A DNA stretch of 64,000 nt from Podarcis tiliguerta. Lineage: Eukaryota. A model generated the notes under the pieces. The model did no database searches, had not been told where the DNA came from, and worked only from the letters and a program-made list of their open reading frames with translations. Each line of letters begins with the position of its first letter. The stretch's first letter is position 1. The DNA lies in assembly GCA_965153285.1 (NCBI GenBank), contig OZ229111.1; one strand, written 5' to 3'. Shown here piece by piece: positions 13,581 to 24,235 of this stretch. The translations under genes and the position numbers were made by a program.

Positions 13581-13833
13581 CCGTATTTTTTGCTCTATAA
13601 GACTCACTTTTTCCCTCCTAAAAAGTAAAGGGAAATGTGTGTGCGTCTTATGGAGTGAATGCAGGCTGCGCAGCTATCGCTGAAGCCAGAACAGCAAGAG
13701 GGATTTCACTGTGCAGCAATCCCTCTTGTTGTTCTGGCTTCTGAGATGCAGAATATTTTTTTTTCTTGTTTTCCTCCTCCAAAAACTAGGTGCGTCTTAT
13801 GGTCTGGTGCGTCTTATAGAGCGAAAAATACGG
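13581..13833. mobile_element. Tc1/mariner-superfamily (Tc2-like) MITE with internal hairpin
   Basis: TIRs CCGTATTTTT(T/C)GCTCTATAAGAC, TA TSD. Confidence 0.87.
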
Positions 13834-14585
13834 TAAATCAAGATATGCATGCACAAAAAGAAGTAGGAGGTAGGGGATGAGGCCGCAGAAAGGACTTAAG
13901 ATCTCTTTAAGTTCTACATAGTTCTAATAAGACCACCCAGTATTGTACTTATATCCATATATTGTTAAGGGTAGCAAAACTGGAAGATTAGTAGATTTCT
14001 TAGACATTTATATCACTGAAATGGAATATAGGCATTTTGTGAATATCTTTTTCTTTTTTAAAAAAATGGAGAGATGAGTTTTGCTTGTGCGTGGTTTTTT
14101 TTTGGACACCATCTTACAGAATTTAAAACTGCATGTATGAATTGTGAATGTCTTTGCCGAGACAGAAAAACATTTTTCATTGTTGCTGAATCATTTTCAC
14201 CTTGGACTCAGTAAATGCGGCTCCATTGCACAGAATATATGAAAGCATAGCCATGAAAAAGAAATGAATTTGTGCCCTGTCAAAGTTACAAGTGGAAAAT
14301 GTGCACAGCGGATTAACCATTCAAAACTTATATATATGAGCTTTCTCCTATTTTCCTCCCATTTTTTTTAGTAGACGAATGATTTCGAGTAGTTGGTTCA
14401 CAGTAGGCTGTAAAATCAGCATGGAACAAACTTTTGCTAATGTTATGCTGAGGTTTTTTAAAAAAAGTTTTCCCCACTGCTTTGTACTTCATAAACAAGC
14501 AAACCTGGAGTTCCTGCATAGTTTTGTTGGCATACAGTTTTCATGATAGTTTATAATGACCCACTGCCCATTGTTTCCCCAACAG

Positions 14586-14687
14586 CACAGCCCGTTCTTT
14601 GCTGAGCAGCTAACAGCGTTTCAGGTATGGCTAACGATGGGAGTAGAAAACCGCAATCCACCAGAACAGCTTCCCATTGTGCTGCAG
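14586..14687 (+). CDS. RPTOR: RPTOR exon (~11), 102 nt: [34 protein letters not shown]
   Basis: aacag|CACAGC...CTGCAG|gtgagt; lies within ORF 14556..14843. Confidence 0.97.
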
Positions 14688-15117
14688 GTGAGTTGGCAAG
14701 CAATAAGACTGCTAGCTTCACTGAGGCTGCTGCAGCAGCAGCATGTGGACAACCAGCCAGCTGCAAATTTGCTCAGTATGTGTGTATTTGCGTGCATGCC
14801 TTTCCCTGACTGCTTTGCTCTCTGCCAGATGGTGTTTGGGTAAATAAATTATGTGGACTGCGTTGGAGACTAATTGGAGCTGATTGTTTGCTGGGCCTTT
14901 GCTGAAAAAGACACATTGCACACAAGCATAGTCCCACTACCCCACCCCCTAAGTGCTCCCCAGGTGAGCATAAATTGAGGTTGCAGGCCATTAGTCAGTG
15001 CTACGGAATTTAACTCCTTCACCTGTTTTCTTTCGGTGCATCAGCAAGGCACTTGCACAAAACAGCTAGTCATGTCACCCTCTCTTTCCCACCCACAATT
15101 TACTGGCTACTAGTGAC

Positions 15118-15391
15118 CAGTGCTTTTTTTCTGGGGGGACGCAGGGGGACACTTACCCCTAAACATTTTGTGAATCTAACAGGAGAAGAAACTAAATTTT
15201 TGTTAGTTTATTCTCTAGAACAGTGAATCGTCTGTGTGTGAAGCAGTGTGGAATGTGTGCGGGTAATGCATGTTCTTTGTACTTTTGTCCATTTACTGTA
15301 TTTATTTCCCACGTTTTGAACTATAAAATGGTTATTTTCTTTAGTCAAAATGAGAGTATCCCTAAACATTTTTTTAGGAAAAGAAGCACTG
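15118..15391. mobile_element. hAT MITE
   Basis: CAGTGCTT...AAGCACTG termini; perfect 8-bp TSD ctagtgac (15110-15117 and 15392-15399). Confidence 0.88.
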
Positions 15392-15560
15392 CTAGTGACA
15401 ATAGAGACTTATCTTTCCAACAGGCTTTTGGGAACTGACTGCTTTTAATGAAAGGGCTGGTGCCATGCTGTTTTTATTGTAATTATTTGCATGTTTAAAT
15501 GTTTTAGTGGTTCTTATTCTTATCTTTAAATTGCCTTGAGTCCTGTCAGGGGAAAAGGAG

Positions 15561-15561
<1 letters not shown>

Positions 15562-15600
<39 letters not shown>
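15562..15600 (+). repeat. (AAT)n microsatellite
   Basis: Seen directly. Confidence 0.95.
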
Positions 15601-15601
<1 letters not shown>

Positions 15602-17760
15602 GTCTGTCTGTTGTGAGAAATGTGCATTTTCTTGCATTAAATGGATGACTCTTGTAAGCTATACAATTTTAGAAGAAGAGTGAGGGGACTGACTGACAAA
15701 TCCCTAGATTCCATTCAAATGCATAAATGACTGTCTAGTCCAGAGTCGGGGACCAAATGTCAATTGGCAAGTGTGTGAAAAAATAGCTGTTTTCTGCTCA
15801 GCTTGCCCTATATTGTGGTGTTGGTGTTGGTTTGTCTTCCTCTTTTTTTCTCTCTCTTTCATTTCATTGCTGTTTGTAGTCAAGAAGGAGAGTTGTACAA
15901 AATAAGTAAATGTTATAGGTAATTATCATGTAAAAGAAATAACTGCTTAACCAAAATTTAGAAGTCGTTGAATTCTGACATTAAAAATGCCCCAGCAAGT
16001 GTTACCCTTCACATTTAATATCTGCAAAATGGCATAGCCAGAGATTAATTCACATTTGCTCACTTTCCTGTGCTGAAAAAATAGCACCCTTCCATTATTA
16101 TTAGAAGACAGTGTGAGGGAAGGGGGTGGTGTTGCTCCTGAAGCCTGTAATTTAATAACAGTCTTGAGCTGGAATTTTGCAGATATAAGTGACTTAGTTT
16201 CTCAAGGTAAAAAACAAAATGTAAGATCATCCAGGCCTATTGAGACAATAAAGCAAAAAATAGATGTTCCAGCATTTTGGTGGAATATAGAATCTAGTAG
16301 TTACTCAGTCCTGCCTTGAGCCCTAACTGCAATGCACAAGTTTCCTGGGAGGCACAGAATAAAAAACAACAAATATATATCACCATTGTACTATCCCATA
16401 CCTTTGAGAACTATACATTGATGCTTGAGAACTGTTCAGTTTTCTAATAATCTGCACAGGCAATGCTGACTGCAACCAAAGTGAATCGTTATTTCCTGCA
16501 GTTATTTGAGGACACTTGGTCATATTTTGTTTTCATTTACTTGAAGTTAGCCAGTCATAGATACTTCCTGCTTAGAGGAATGGGACTATCCAAGGGCGTC
16601 CATTTTCCTCTTTTATAATAGGAAAGGACTCTCATTCCCACTTAGATCCACAATCTTGCATCATGGCTGGCAGTATCATCAATCTTTGTGAATCTGACTC
16701 TTCATTTTGTAGAGCCTCTGAAGCCTGGGAGATCATTCTTGGAAAGGGGTGATAGATGGGCAGTTTATCTCTGACAAAGCCGTGGAGACAGGGAGATTTC
16801 TTATCCAGCATCAAATCTGTTGAGAGACTTGACATCAGAGGGATGCTATGATCATTAATTTTGCAACAATATTAAGATACCCACTTGCTTCCTATTGCTT
16901 CTTAAGGAGAAGTGACTAAGCCGGTGGAAAAGTCAGCACAGAGGGGAGGATTCATTAGGGCTACCAAGTTTACATTGTTTCATTAGATTTGAATCACGAT
17001 GCCATTTAATTAAATTTGGCAAAGCATGTAGATGTTTTAGCCCTATGAATGTGCCCACTTGCATAGTGCATCTGAACTTAAGTAACTGATCTAGAAGAGA
17101 GAGACTTCTCTCCCACATTTCTCCCTCTTCTTACTCTTTTGCATTATATTTTCCTTGAAATGGTTGTAATATTCACAGGAGGACGATTCTTTTGTAAATG
17201 GCCTTTTATTGACTTTTTAACAATGCAGTTCCTATAGAATTTCTGATCTGTTGGGAGAGACTTGATGGAAACGGATTACCCATGTAGAGAAGGGCGGGAG
17301 GGAGAGACAGCAATTTCATAGTGTAAGGAAGTTGCCCACCGTTGATGGTTAAATCTTGATGAGGCATTTGCTTTCCGAACTGTATCCAGTGCAGCTCAGT
17401 AGGATGCGATGCCTAATTGCAGATGCAAAGGAAGGTTTTGTTTTATCTACTGCTGCCTTTTAATAATGGCATCGGCTGCTGTTTGACCTGTGCTATCCTG
17501 CAATTTTAATTTAAAACCACCTTGAATGTATTCATTCCTGCTTTGGGTAGGAAGTCTGATATTTGCATATACATGGAATTTATTTTTTAAAAAAAGAAAT
17601 CTCGGATCCCCTGCCTTTTCTGTATATTTGCCTCTCTGGTTTTGCAAGCAGTGTTTTTCTTTTCTTATCAGACAGGGATCAGAGTTTGCTAAGTCTCAAT
17701 TGAAAAGTTCACTGTTGTTTAGTATCAAACAAAGAATAGTTTTGTTTTCCATATATCTGC

Positions 17761-17805
17761 AATATTAAGAATCATAATATTAAGAATCACAATATTAAGA
17801 ATCAT
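17761..17805 (+). repeat. 15-bp minisatellite x3 (AATATTAAGAATCAY)
   Basis: Seen directly. Confidence 0.9.
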
Positions 17806-18369
17806 AATAACATAATATTTTAAAGACAAGTTTTTGTGCCCATTTCCAGCAATGAGTATATGCAGCTTGTGGGGGAGTATTGCTTTTATTATTAATTGTA
17901 TTGTCTGCTTTATGGTAGCCAACCATCTATTGACAAGGGCTGAATGTATCTTGATGGTGAAAATCATTGCCCCACGCCCAATGTAACCACCCAATTCAAC
18001 TATTTACGGTACTTTCAGCCTTGTTACTCTTGCTGTTTGACCCATTTTTTACTCATGTGCTCCTAGAAGGCTAAAAACACAAGAGACTAAGGTGGCTTTC
18101 TTATACAACGCCTTGCAAGTTAAAAAAAAAAAAATTAGATCTTACTAGTGTGCCACATATACTCAGTATGTATGCTCTTTTCAAAGGCACACCTTAGATT
18201 TTCTGTATGTTAGAAATTGTCAAATAAGATCTTATCAAAATTACTGAACAACTTTTCCAATACATGTAAAATATCTTGAGTGTAGAGCTTTCCTCCTGCT
18301 GAATTATCTCCCTCATCTCCAAACTACCTAGTTATACTTGCTGTCTTTGCTTATTATTCTCCTGCCTAC

Positions 18370-18650
18370 TATATTCTTGATCCTCTCCAAACTGGTTTTT
18401 ACACGTTCTGCTGAACAAAAAGCGTTAATACAAAAATTTCCAGTGCCCTTTGCATGGCCAAGTTGTGTTTGTCTAACTTCATTCCTCCTTTTCATTATCT
18501 CCAGGATTATAATTTCCTTTTTGTATCTATTGCTGAAGCTATTGTTCATGTTCTGTTTATCTCCTGCTGGACTACGATAATCTCCCCTTGGCAAGTCTTT
18601 CCTAATGCCTTATCCACTCCTTCTAGTCAGTTCAGAACACTATCTAGAAG
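18370..18650 (+). mobile_element. Ancient L2 remnant
   Basis: DPLQTGF and a decayed 'ISRLDY' (atctcctgctggactac) motif. Confidence 0.4.
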
Positions 18651-18829
18651 TCTGGAGCCAGATGCTGTTCACATGAGAGTTCTTTAAGAAATCAAATGTA
18701 AAATTGCTTAAAAGCCAGTGTTCTTACCATTGGAAGGGAAGATGCTGAATGTAACACTCCTTTTTAAAATGTCTTGGGTATATCCAACTAACCTCTGTCT
18801 CAGGTAAATTGGGAAAAAGTTTTATAAAA

Positions 18830-19250
18830 GGCAGTTATTTAACCTATAGGATAAGTCCTGCTGAGAGCTAAGTACTGGTTTGCAAAGGGAAATCTTGTTT
18901 TTCAACACATATAGAGAGGGACAATCCGGAATATATTTGTGTTCTTGGATTTTCCAAAAGCTTGACAAAGTATCTCACCAAAAGCTTCTAAAGGTTATGG
19001 GATAAGAGACCAGATTCTCTTATAGACTCGTTAAAAAATAGGAGGCAAAGAGCTACAACAGATACACTGTTTTCACAGAGGAGGAAAGTAAACAGTACAG
19101 GTCACTTAATTGCAAGTGAGATGTGTAGTGTGGTAGCCAGTTTGCAGATAACATCAATTTATTTCGGACAGTGAAATGTTAAGCAAATTGAAAATAACCC
19201 AACAGGGGTTAAACTGGTTGACTGAAATGAGTGGATAAAATTTGGGGTTA
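18830..19250 (+). mobile_element. Degenerate CR1 RT fragment
   Basis: Remnants of GFCKGKSC, LDFQKAFDKV.HQKLL and KFADD (tttgcagataac). Confidence 0.7.
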
Positions 19251-19267
19251 AGTTGAGATTTGGCCCC

Positions 19268-19707
19268 TGTCATGATTCCCTCTCACGTCTCTTGATTCAG
19301 ATCAGCACTTGAGGATGAGGACTAGGATATGGGAGGGAGGAATGGAACTGTGCAGCACCACTTGATGAACACCCTTCCTGCCCTAGATGCTCCTTGACCT
19401 GTTGAGGCAGGAGACCTCGCCCTCTCCTGCACCACTGTCCCCCAGAACCAGGAGGTGATTGAAAAAGGATGAGTAGAGGAAGTTGCAGTCTCTCAGTGTG
19501 TGCATGCATCCTGTGGGAGGAAGGTACATGAACTGTGGAAGAGGGAGGAGTCCCCTGTCGCTGCTCCATAGAGCACAGACCTGAGAATAGCTGCCTAGTT
19601 GCTAGATTGGTGTGCATAGCTATCCAGAGCTGCAGAACCGACTGTGTGACAATAAAGAGTTAAATGTCTGCCACTTGCATTCCTGTGACTGGGAAGCAAC
19701 CTTGACA
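19268..19707 (+). mobile_element. Probable older solo LTR, 440 bp
   Basis: TGTCA...TGACA termini, purine-rich body, AATAAA at 19651; no recognisable TSD. Confidence 0.55.
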
Positions 19708-19964
19708 GATCAGCTCTTTTATGCTATAGTAACTGTCTCTATGTAGGGGCTATGTGAGTAAGGTTGGGAAAAGGGTACCCACAACAGCTGTAGTTTTCAG
19801 AAGATTACAGTCTACATCTACAGATTTTATCATTCAAAGGTATTGATGATCCACTAAGACAATGAAGGGTAAATGTTGATAATATTTCTGTGCATCTGAC
19901 AAGCACTTGAAATAGGTAAAAAAAAACCACCCAAAAGTCATTTGACTATTATTCCGGTATACCC

Positions 19965-20100
19965 AGTGTTCTCGAAGCTACCAGCATGAGTTTGACCAAA
20001 CTGTGGGAGGCAGTGGAAGACAGGAGTGCCTGGCGTGCTCTGGTCCATGGGGTCACGAAGAGTCAGACATGACTAAACAACTAAACAACAACAACAACAC
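19965..20100 (+). mobile_element. Bov-B (RTE) LINE 3' end
   Basis: GGCAGTGGAAGACAGGAGTGCCTGGCGTGCTCTGGTCCATGGGGTCACGAAGAGTCAGACATGACT followed by a (CAA)n tail. Confidence 0.88.
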
Positions 20101-20220
20101 CCATTTCTTAGAATTTTGTGTTACGGTTTAGCATCTGTTATATGGGTGCTAAGTTCCTAGTAAACATCTCGAAGTGATTTAAACATCAACAGTAAAAAAC
20201 ATATAAACCAATTTCATATG

Positions 20221-20983
20221 TGTCAGGGGTTCAGGAGCAGAGGCACAGGAAAGGGAGGAAATGGAGAGCGAGGGGGAGGAGTCCGAAGGAAATGTCAGCG
20301 ATGACAGCGGTCCGAGGTCTCTGAGTCTTTCCAGCGAATCGGAAGATTCACAGAAAGGGGCTCCCATGGTCAGGGCAAGGGGGGTGCCTAGGGGGACACC
20401 CCAGGAAGAAGGGGCCAGAGGGGACTCAGAGAGCAGCAGTTGGAAATTAGGACCAGCGTCCACACCAGAGTGCAGTAGGGGGGAGGAGTCCCAGGCATCG
20501 GGATCAGGCGGCGCGCTGCCAGCAGGAGGACAGGAGGCAGGACTGGCCACGCCTCCATCGGGGAGCGAGGAAACGGTCGAGAGGAAGGTTGAAGGCTGGG
20601 CGCGCGCGCCAAGTTCAAATGTACAGGAGGGCGGCGCAGTTGGCAGCCCGGATAGGGAGCCAGGTCCCAAAGCCCGCCGAAGAGAGCGGGAGGAGTCAGG
20701 GGGGTCAACGTCTGCGTCGGAAGAATCCAGGAAGGAAGGGACCCTGGGGGGTAGCAGGACCCAGAGGAGAAAGGAGAGACGGAAGAGGTGGAGTAAGGCT
20801 AGAATCTTAAACTGGTGTACAGGGGGCGGAGATTCAGATGGAGCTTCGCCGGTCTAAACCCTAGACGTAGAGCTGGGGCGCTCCGGCTAGAAAATGGAAA
20901 CTGTACTTCAATAAAGACTTTTGTACATTACTACCGGCTAGCGTTGGTCCTCTGTGAGCTGGGACCTGGAGCCAGCTCTGACA
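20221..20983 (+). mobile_element. Young solo LTR (763 bp; Gypsy/retrovirus-like) containing a long open frame
   Basis: TGTCAG...CTGACA termini, perfect 5-bp TSD ATATG (20216-20220 and 20984-20988), AATAAA at 20910, CpG-rich compared with the flanks. Confidence 0.9.
20261..20857 (+). CDS. Hypothetical 198-aa LTR-embedded low-complexity protein (acidic N-terminus, Arg-rich C-terminus)
   Basis: ATG-to-TAA ORF wholly inside the solo LTR; no recognisable domain; may be a product of base composition. Confidence 0.3.
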   Translation: MESEGEESEGNVSDDSGPRSLSLSSESEDSQKGAPMVRARGVPRGTPQEEGARGDSESSSWKLGPASTPECSRGEESQASGSGGALPAGGQEAGLATPPSGSEETVERKVEGWARAPSSNVQEGGAVGSPDREPGPKARRREREESGGSTSASEESRKEGTLGGSRTQRRKERRKRWSKARILNWCTGGGDSDGASPV

Positions 20984-22071
20984 ATATGTAAAAACAATTA
21001 AAGCAATTTCATATCTCCGCTTAAAAGACTTGTTGAAATTCCATTACAGCCTAAAACACAGACAACCAGTAAGGATTGTTGACTATAAATCCAGTAATTT
21101 TTAGCCTATAGCCATGCAGTGTACTATTGAAATATATTGGTAAATGATTACTTTATTCTTCAATGCCGTGTTAATATATAATCTATTGTTTGGGAGCCTT
21201 CATACTTTAGAGGTCTGTAGATCTACCAGCTCATTAACATAGCTGGATGTGGTTTTAATGAGTCTGTATTAAATTACTAATGTGCAGCCTCCTCCTGCTC
21301 CTTTTCTCTCCACTCTGACCTCTTAGCATCTATTTGCCAAGGAAAACAAAGACTGATTACTGCTTCCAATTCCTTTTGAATAGCTTCTTGCTGTTCATTA
21401 TATATTGGACTGGAGATGCAATTTTCAGTTTAATCTCTCTGGTCTCCCCTCCCCAGCTTCTCTCTCTCACACACACACACACCACCACAGATTCAACCTT
21501 TTCCTTAGCTTCGTCTAAAAAGGCATCCCCTGCAAACATAGCAAAGTGCTGCCCTAGCAGGAGCAAAGAACTGGAGAAGCAGGCAACAACTGGCAACACT
21601 TGTCCTGCCCGATGCACACAGTTAAAAAAAACCCCACAATGTAGATTAACTGTTCTGTAGCTTACATGGCCATGATCCTAAGGTTTTGAGGCTCCAGCAC
21701 ACTGCAGTAGCACAAGAGCACAAATATAGTCTGCCGAGTGCGTGCCCTGCTTGCCCTTATGAGTTCCTCTGGAATGTCCCTCAGACACCTGCTCCGCCTA
21801 ATCATGGCTGTAGGGTGGATGAAGGAAGTTGACCAACAAATGGGGTAGGCACCTGCTGATTAGTTAGCTGCCCATTTGCAAACCACAGTGCTATTGCTTT
21901 CCCATCTCTGGGAGCTAGCCTCTTACACTTTGAATGAGAGACCAAAGGGGAGACAGAGCACCTTAGTTGCCTGGCCTTGTTGTTGTAGCATGTATTTTAT
22001 TTTATTTTTAAATGCTATTTCTAGTTTGCCTTCTGAGATGGGTTGTGTTGCAACAGCAGATGTGAGAGGTG

Positions 22072-22243
22072 GTTTTCAAAAGAATTGTTTGGGGCTTGGG
22101 AGCTCAGACCCTCAAGTATTTCTTTTGTGACCTTAAGCAAGACACTTCTCTTCTTCTGTTTTCAAAAGAATTGTTTGGGGCTTGGGAGCTCAGACCCTCA
22201 AGTATTTCTTTTGTGACCTTAAGCAAGACACTTCTCTTCTTCT
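22072..22243 (+). repeat. Perfect 86-bp direct tandem duplication
   Basis: 22072-22157 is identical to 22158-22243. Confidence 0.95.
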
Positions 22244-22736
22244 AGTCCTGTACTTGCTTACAACACTGACTGGACAAAAGCCTGTGGAAGACATTCAACA
22301 ATGCATGATGACACAGCATAGCCTTCTTTTTGGGTTCTCAGCATATGGTATTCAGATACAGAAAGAAGACAGTGCCTTTGATGTTCTCTTAGACTTTATG
22401 TTATGTTTCCATATCTGCAATGGGTAAGGGTTTTCTGGAAAGTCTTCTACATGCTTAATTCCTTGATCATATAATGCAAATCATGTGTGACCTTACATGT
22501 ATTCTGTGGTATCCTTTGGTATTTTTTCTTAGTTATCTGCTCTGCAAGTGGATTATTTTGTTTCTGATCATGGCACAGTTGTAGTCCATGCTGTGTACAG
22601 TAATTATATTTTTCTGAAACTGAGATGTTGGTGCTTGAATATAACCTTTCCCTGATCTTGCATACGCTCCAGAATTTCAAAATTTCAGGTGCTTTACAGT
22701 ACAATCTGTTTCCGCCCCCCCCCCCCTTTTCTGCAG

Positions 22737-22820
22737 GTGCTGTTAAGTCAAGTGCATCGGTTGCGAGCTCTTGATTTACTGGGACGATTTTTGGACCTAG
22801 GTCCCTGGGCTGTTAGCCTG
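22737..22820 (+). CDS. RPTOR: RPTOR exon (~12), 84 nt: [28 protein letters not shown]
   Basis: ctgcag|GTGCTG...AGCCTG|gtaggt. Confidence 0.97.
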
Positions 22821-23765
22821 GTAGGTACCTATTATGGCCTTCTTTTTGGAAAATGAGAGATGCTGGCTATATAATTAGCATGTATGAGTGAAGAATTCAT
22901 CCTTGCAGGTTATAAAAAAATAATGTCTCACAAATTTGAAGAACTGGACACTAGTTTTCAGGAGTTGTATGACCCTGAGGTCAACATAAATCAGGCTTCC
23001 AGAGCTTCAGGTGGCTATAGAACTGATGAGAATTCCTTTATTTGTAGTACACTTTAGCTGAAGATGGCAATCCCATCCTTGTTTGGCCTCTCCAATTTCA
23101 TCTGAGGCTACGGATAGTGATAATAAGAGAGGCAATGTGAATGTTTATACAGTTTTTTATGGACATGTTGGATTTATTGAACAAGCTGCCTGAGTAAAAT
23201 GAAAATAAACTAGATGCTTCCCCAGCTGTTGTAAATTTTATCCATACTTCAAACATGGCCTACCTGGACCTTAAATGAGAAAAAAAATTGGGTCAAAAAC
23301 ATTTGAGGATTTGAACTATGTATGGCTTGTGCACAAGCCATTGGTGGAGTAACTATGTACAAGTAAAAGTAAAAACTTAAATTAAAATGAGAGAAAGCAA
23401 AGAAATGGAGCACTGTATCCATTAGAAATAACGTTTGGATGGATTAAATTTTTTTTGCAAGCTGCCTCCTAGTAGAAGCAAGAAGAGTCAAATGAGAGAT
23501 ATGGAGAGCAATGCATTGTATGCACGTTGTGCATTGAGCGAAATGTGGTTTTAAATTAAGTCTCAGTTTTGGCAATCCAGATGAGATTGAAAAAAGCAGC
23601 TGATATCCTTGAATAAAACCTGAGACAAATATGCTGAGATTATGTCTTTAGCATGGTCATTGTGATTCATTGTCAGGCGTTTGCCATGCTATTAAAGTTT
23701 GTGCTGGGTTCACCTACTCCACACTTCCTAAGTTTATTTTTGGTTCTCAAATTCTCTTCCTCTAG

Positions 23766-23876
23766 GCTCTTTCTGTTGGCATTTTCCCTTATGTGCTAAA
23801 GCTTCTCCAGAGTTCTGCTCGAGAGCTAAGACCTCTTCTGGTCTTCATCTGGGCCAAAATCCTTGCAGTGGACAGT
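23766..23876 (+). CDS. RPTOR: RPTOR exon (~13), 111 nt: [37 protein letters not shown]
   Basis: tctag|GCTCTT...GACAGT|gtgagt. Confidence 0.97.
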
Positions 23877-24045
23877 GTGAGTAACCATGAAATGTTAATT
23901 TAGTGATGATGCAGAATATGTTAAAAGGGCTGTCTTGATTCATGGCAGAGCCAACACGTGAGATAACTTGTTCATGCTTAGGAATGTCATTAATATGAGA
24001 GACTCGCCCAAAGGGAATTAATGTGGAACCATGAGCAAGTTGGAC

Positions 24046-24235
24046 TTAGGAGTGTATGCAATCTGCAGGCCATTGAAGAGGGACCTAGTCAGCTCCTGCA
24101 ATTTGTGAATACTCTTCCCAGGAAGGCTTACCTGGCACCTTTAGACTCCAGGAGAAAAAGTGTCTCTTCAACCAGGCAGTCAGCTGATTAACATTCTATG
24201 GCTTATTAAATGTGGGAGGTGGGTTATTGGGGGGG
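24046..24235 (+). mobile_element. L2-like LINE 3' end (related to 28059-28365)
   Basis: Shares caggccattgaaga..ggaccta and gctgattaacattctatggctt..ggaggtgggttattgg with the 28059 copy. Confidence 0.6.

Noticed and set aside
20246-20249. In-frame CAG acceptor that could fuse RPTOR exon 11 to the LTR ORF
   Set aside because: No polypyrimidine tract; the upstream sequence is purine-rich.
20261-20272. The LTR ORF starts MESE, like the Raptor N-terminus
   Set aside because: A four-residue coincidence with no further similarity, and it lies inside a TSD-bounded insert.
20179-20708. Antisense ORFs (163 and 106 aa) in the LTR
   Set aside because: Expected from GC/purine skew; the longer one runs out of the element into host DNA.
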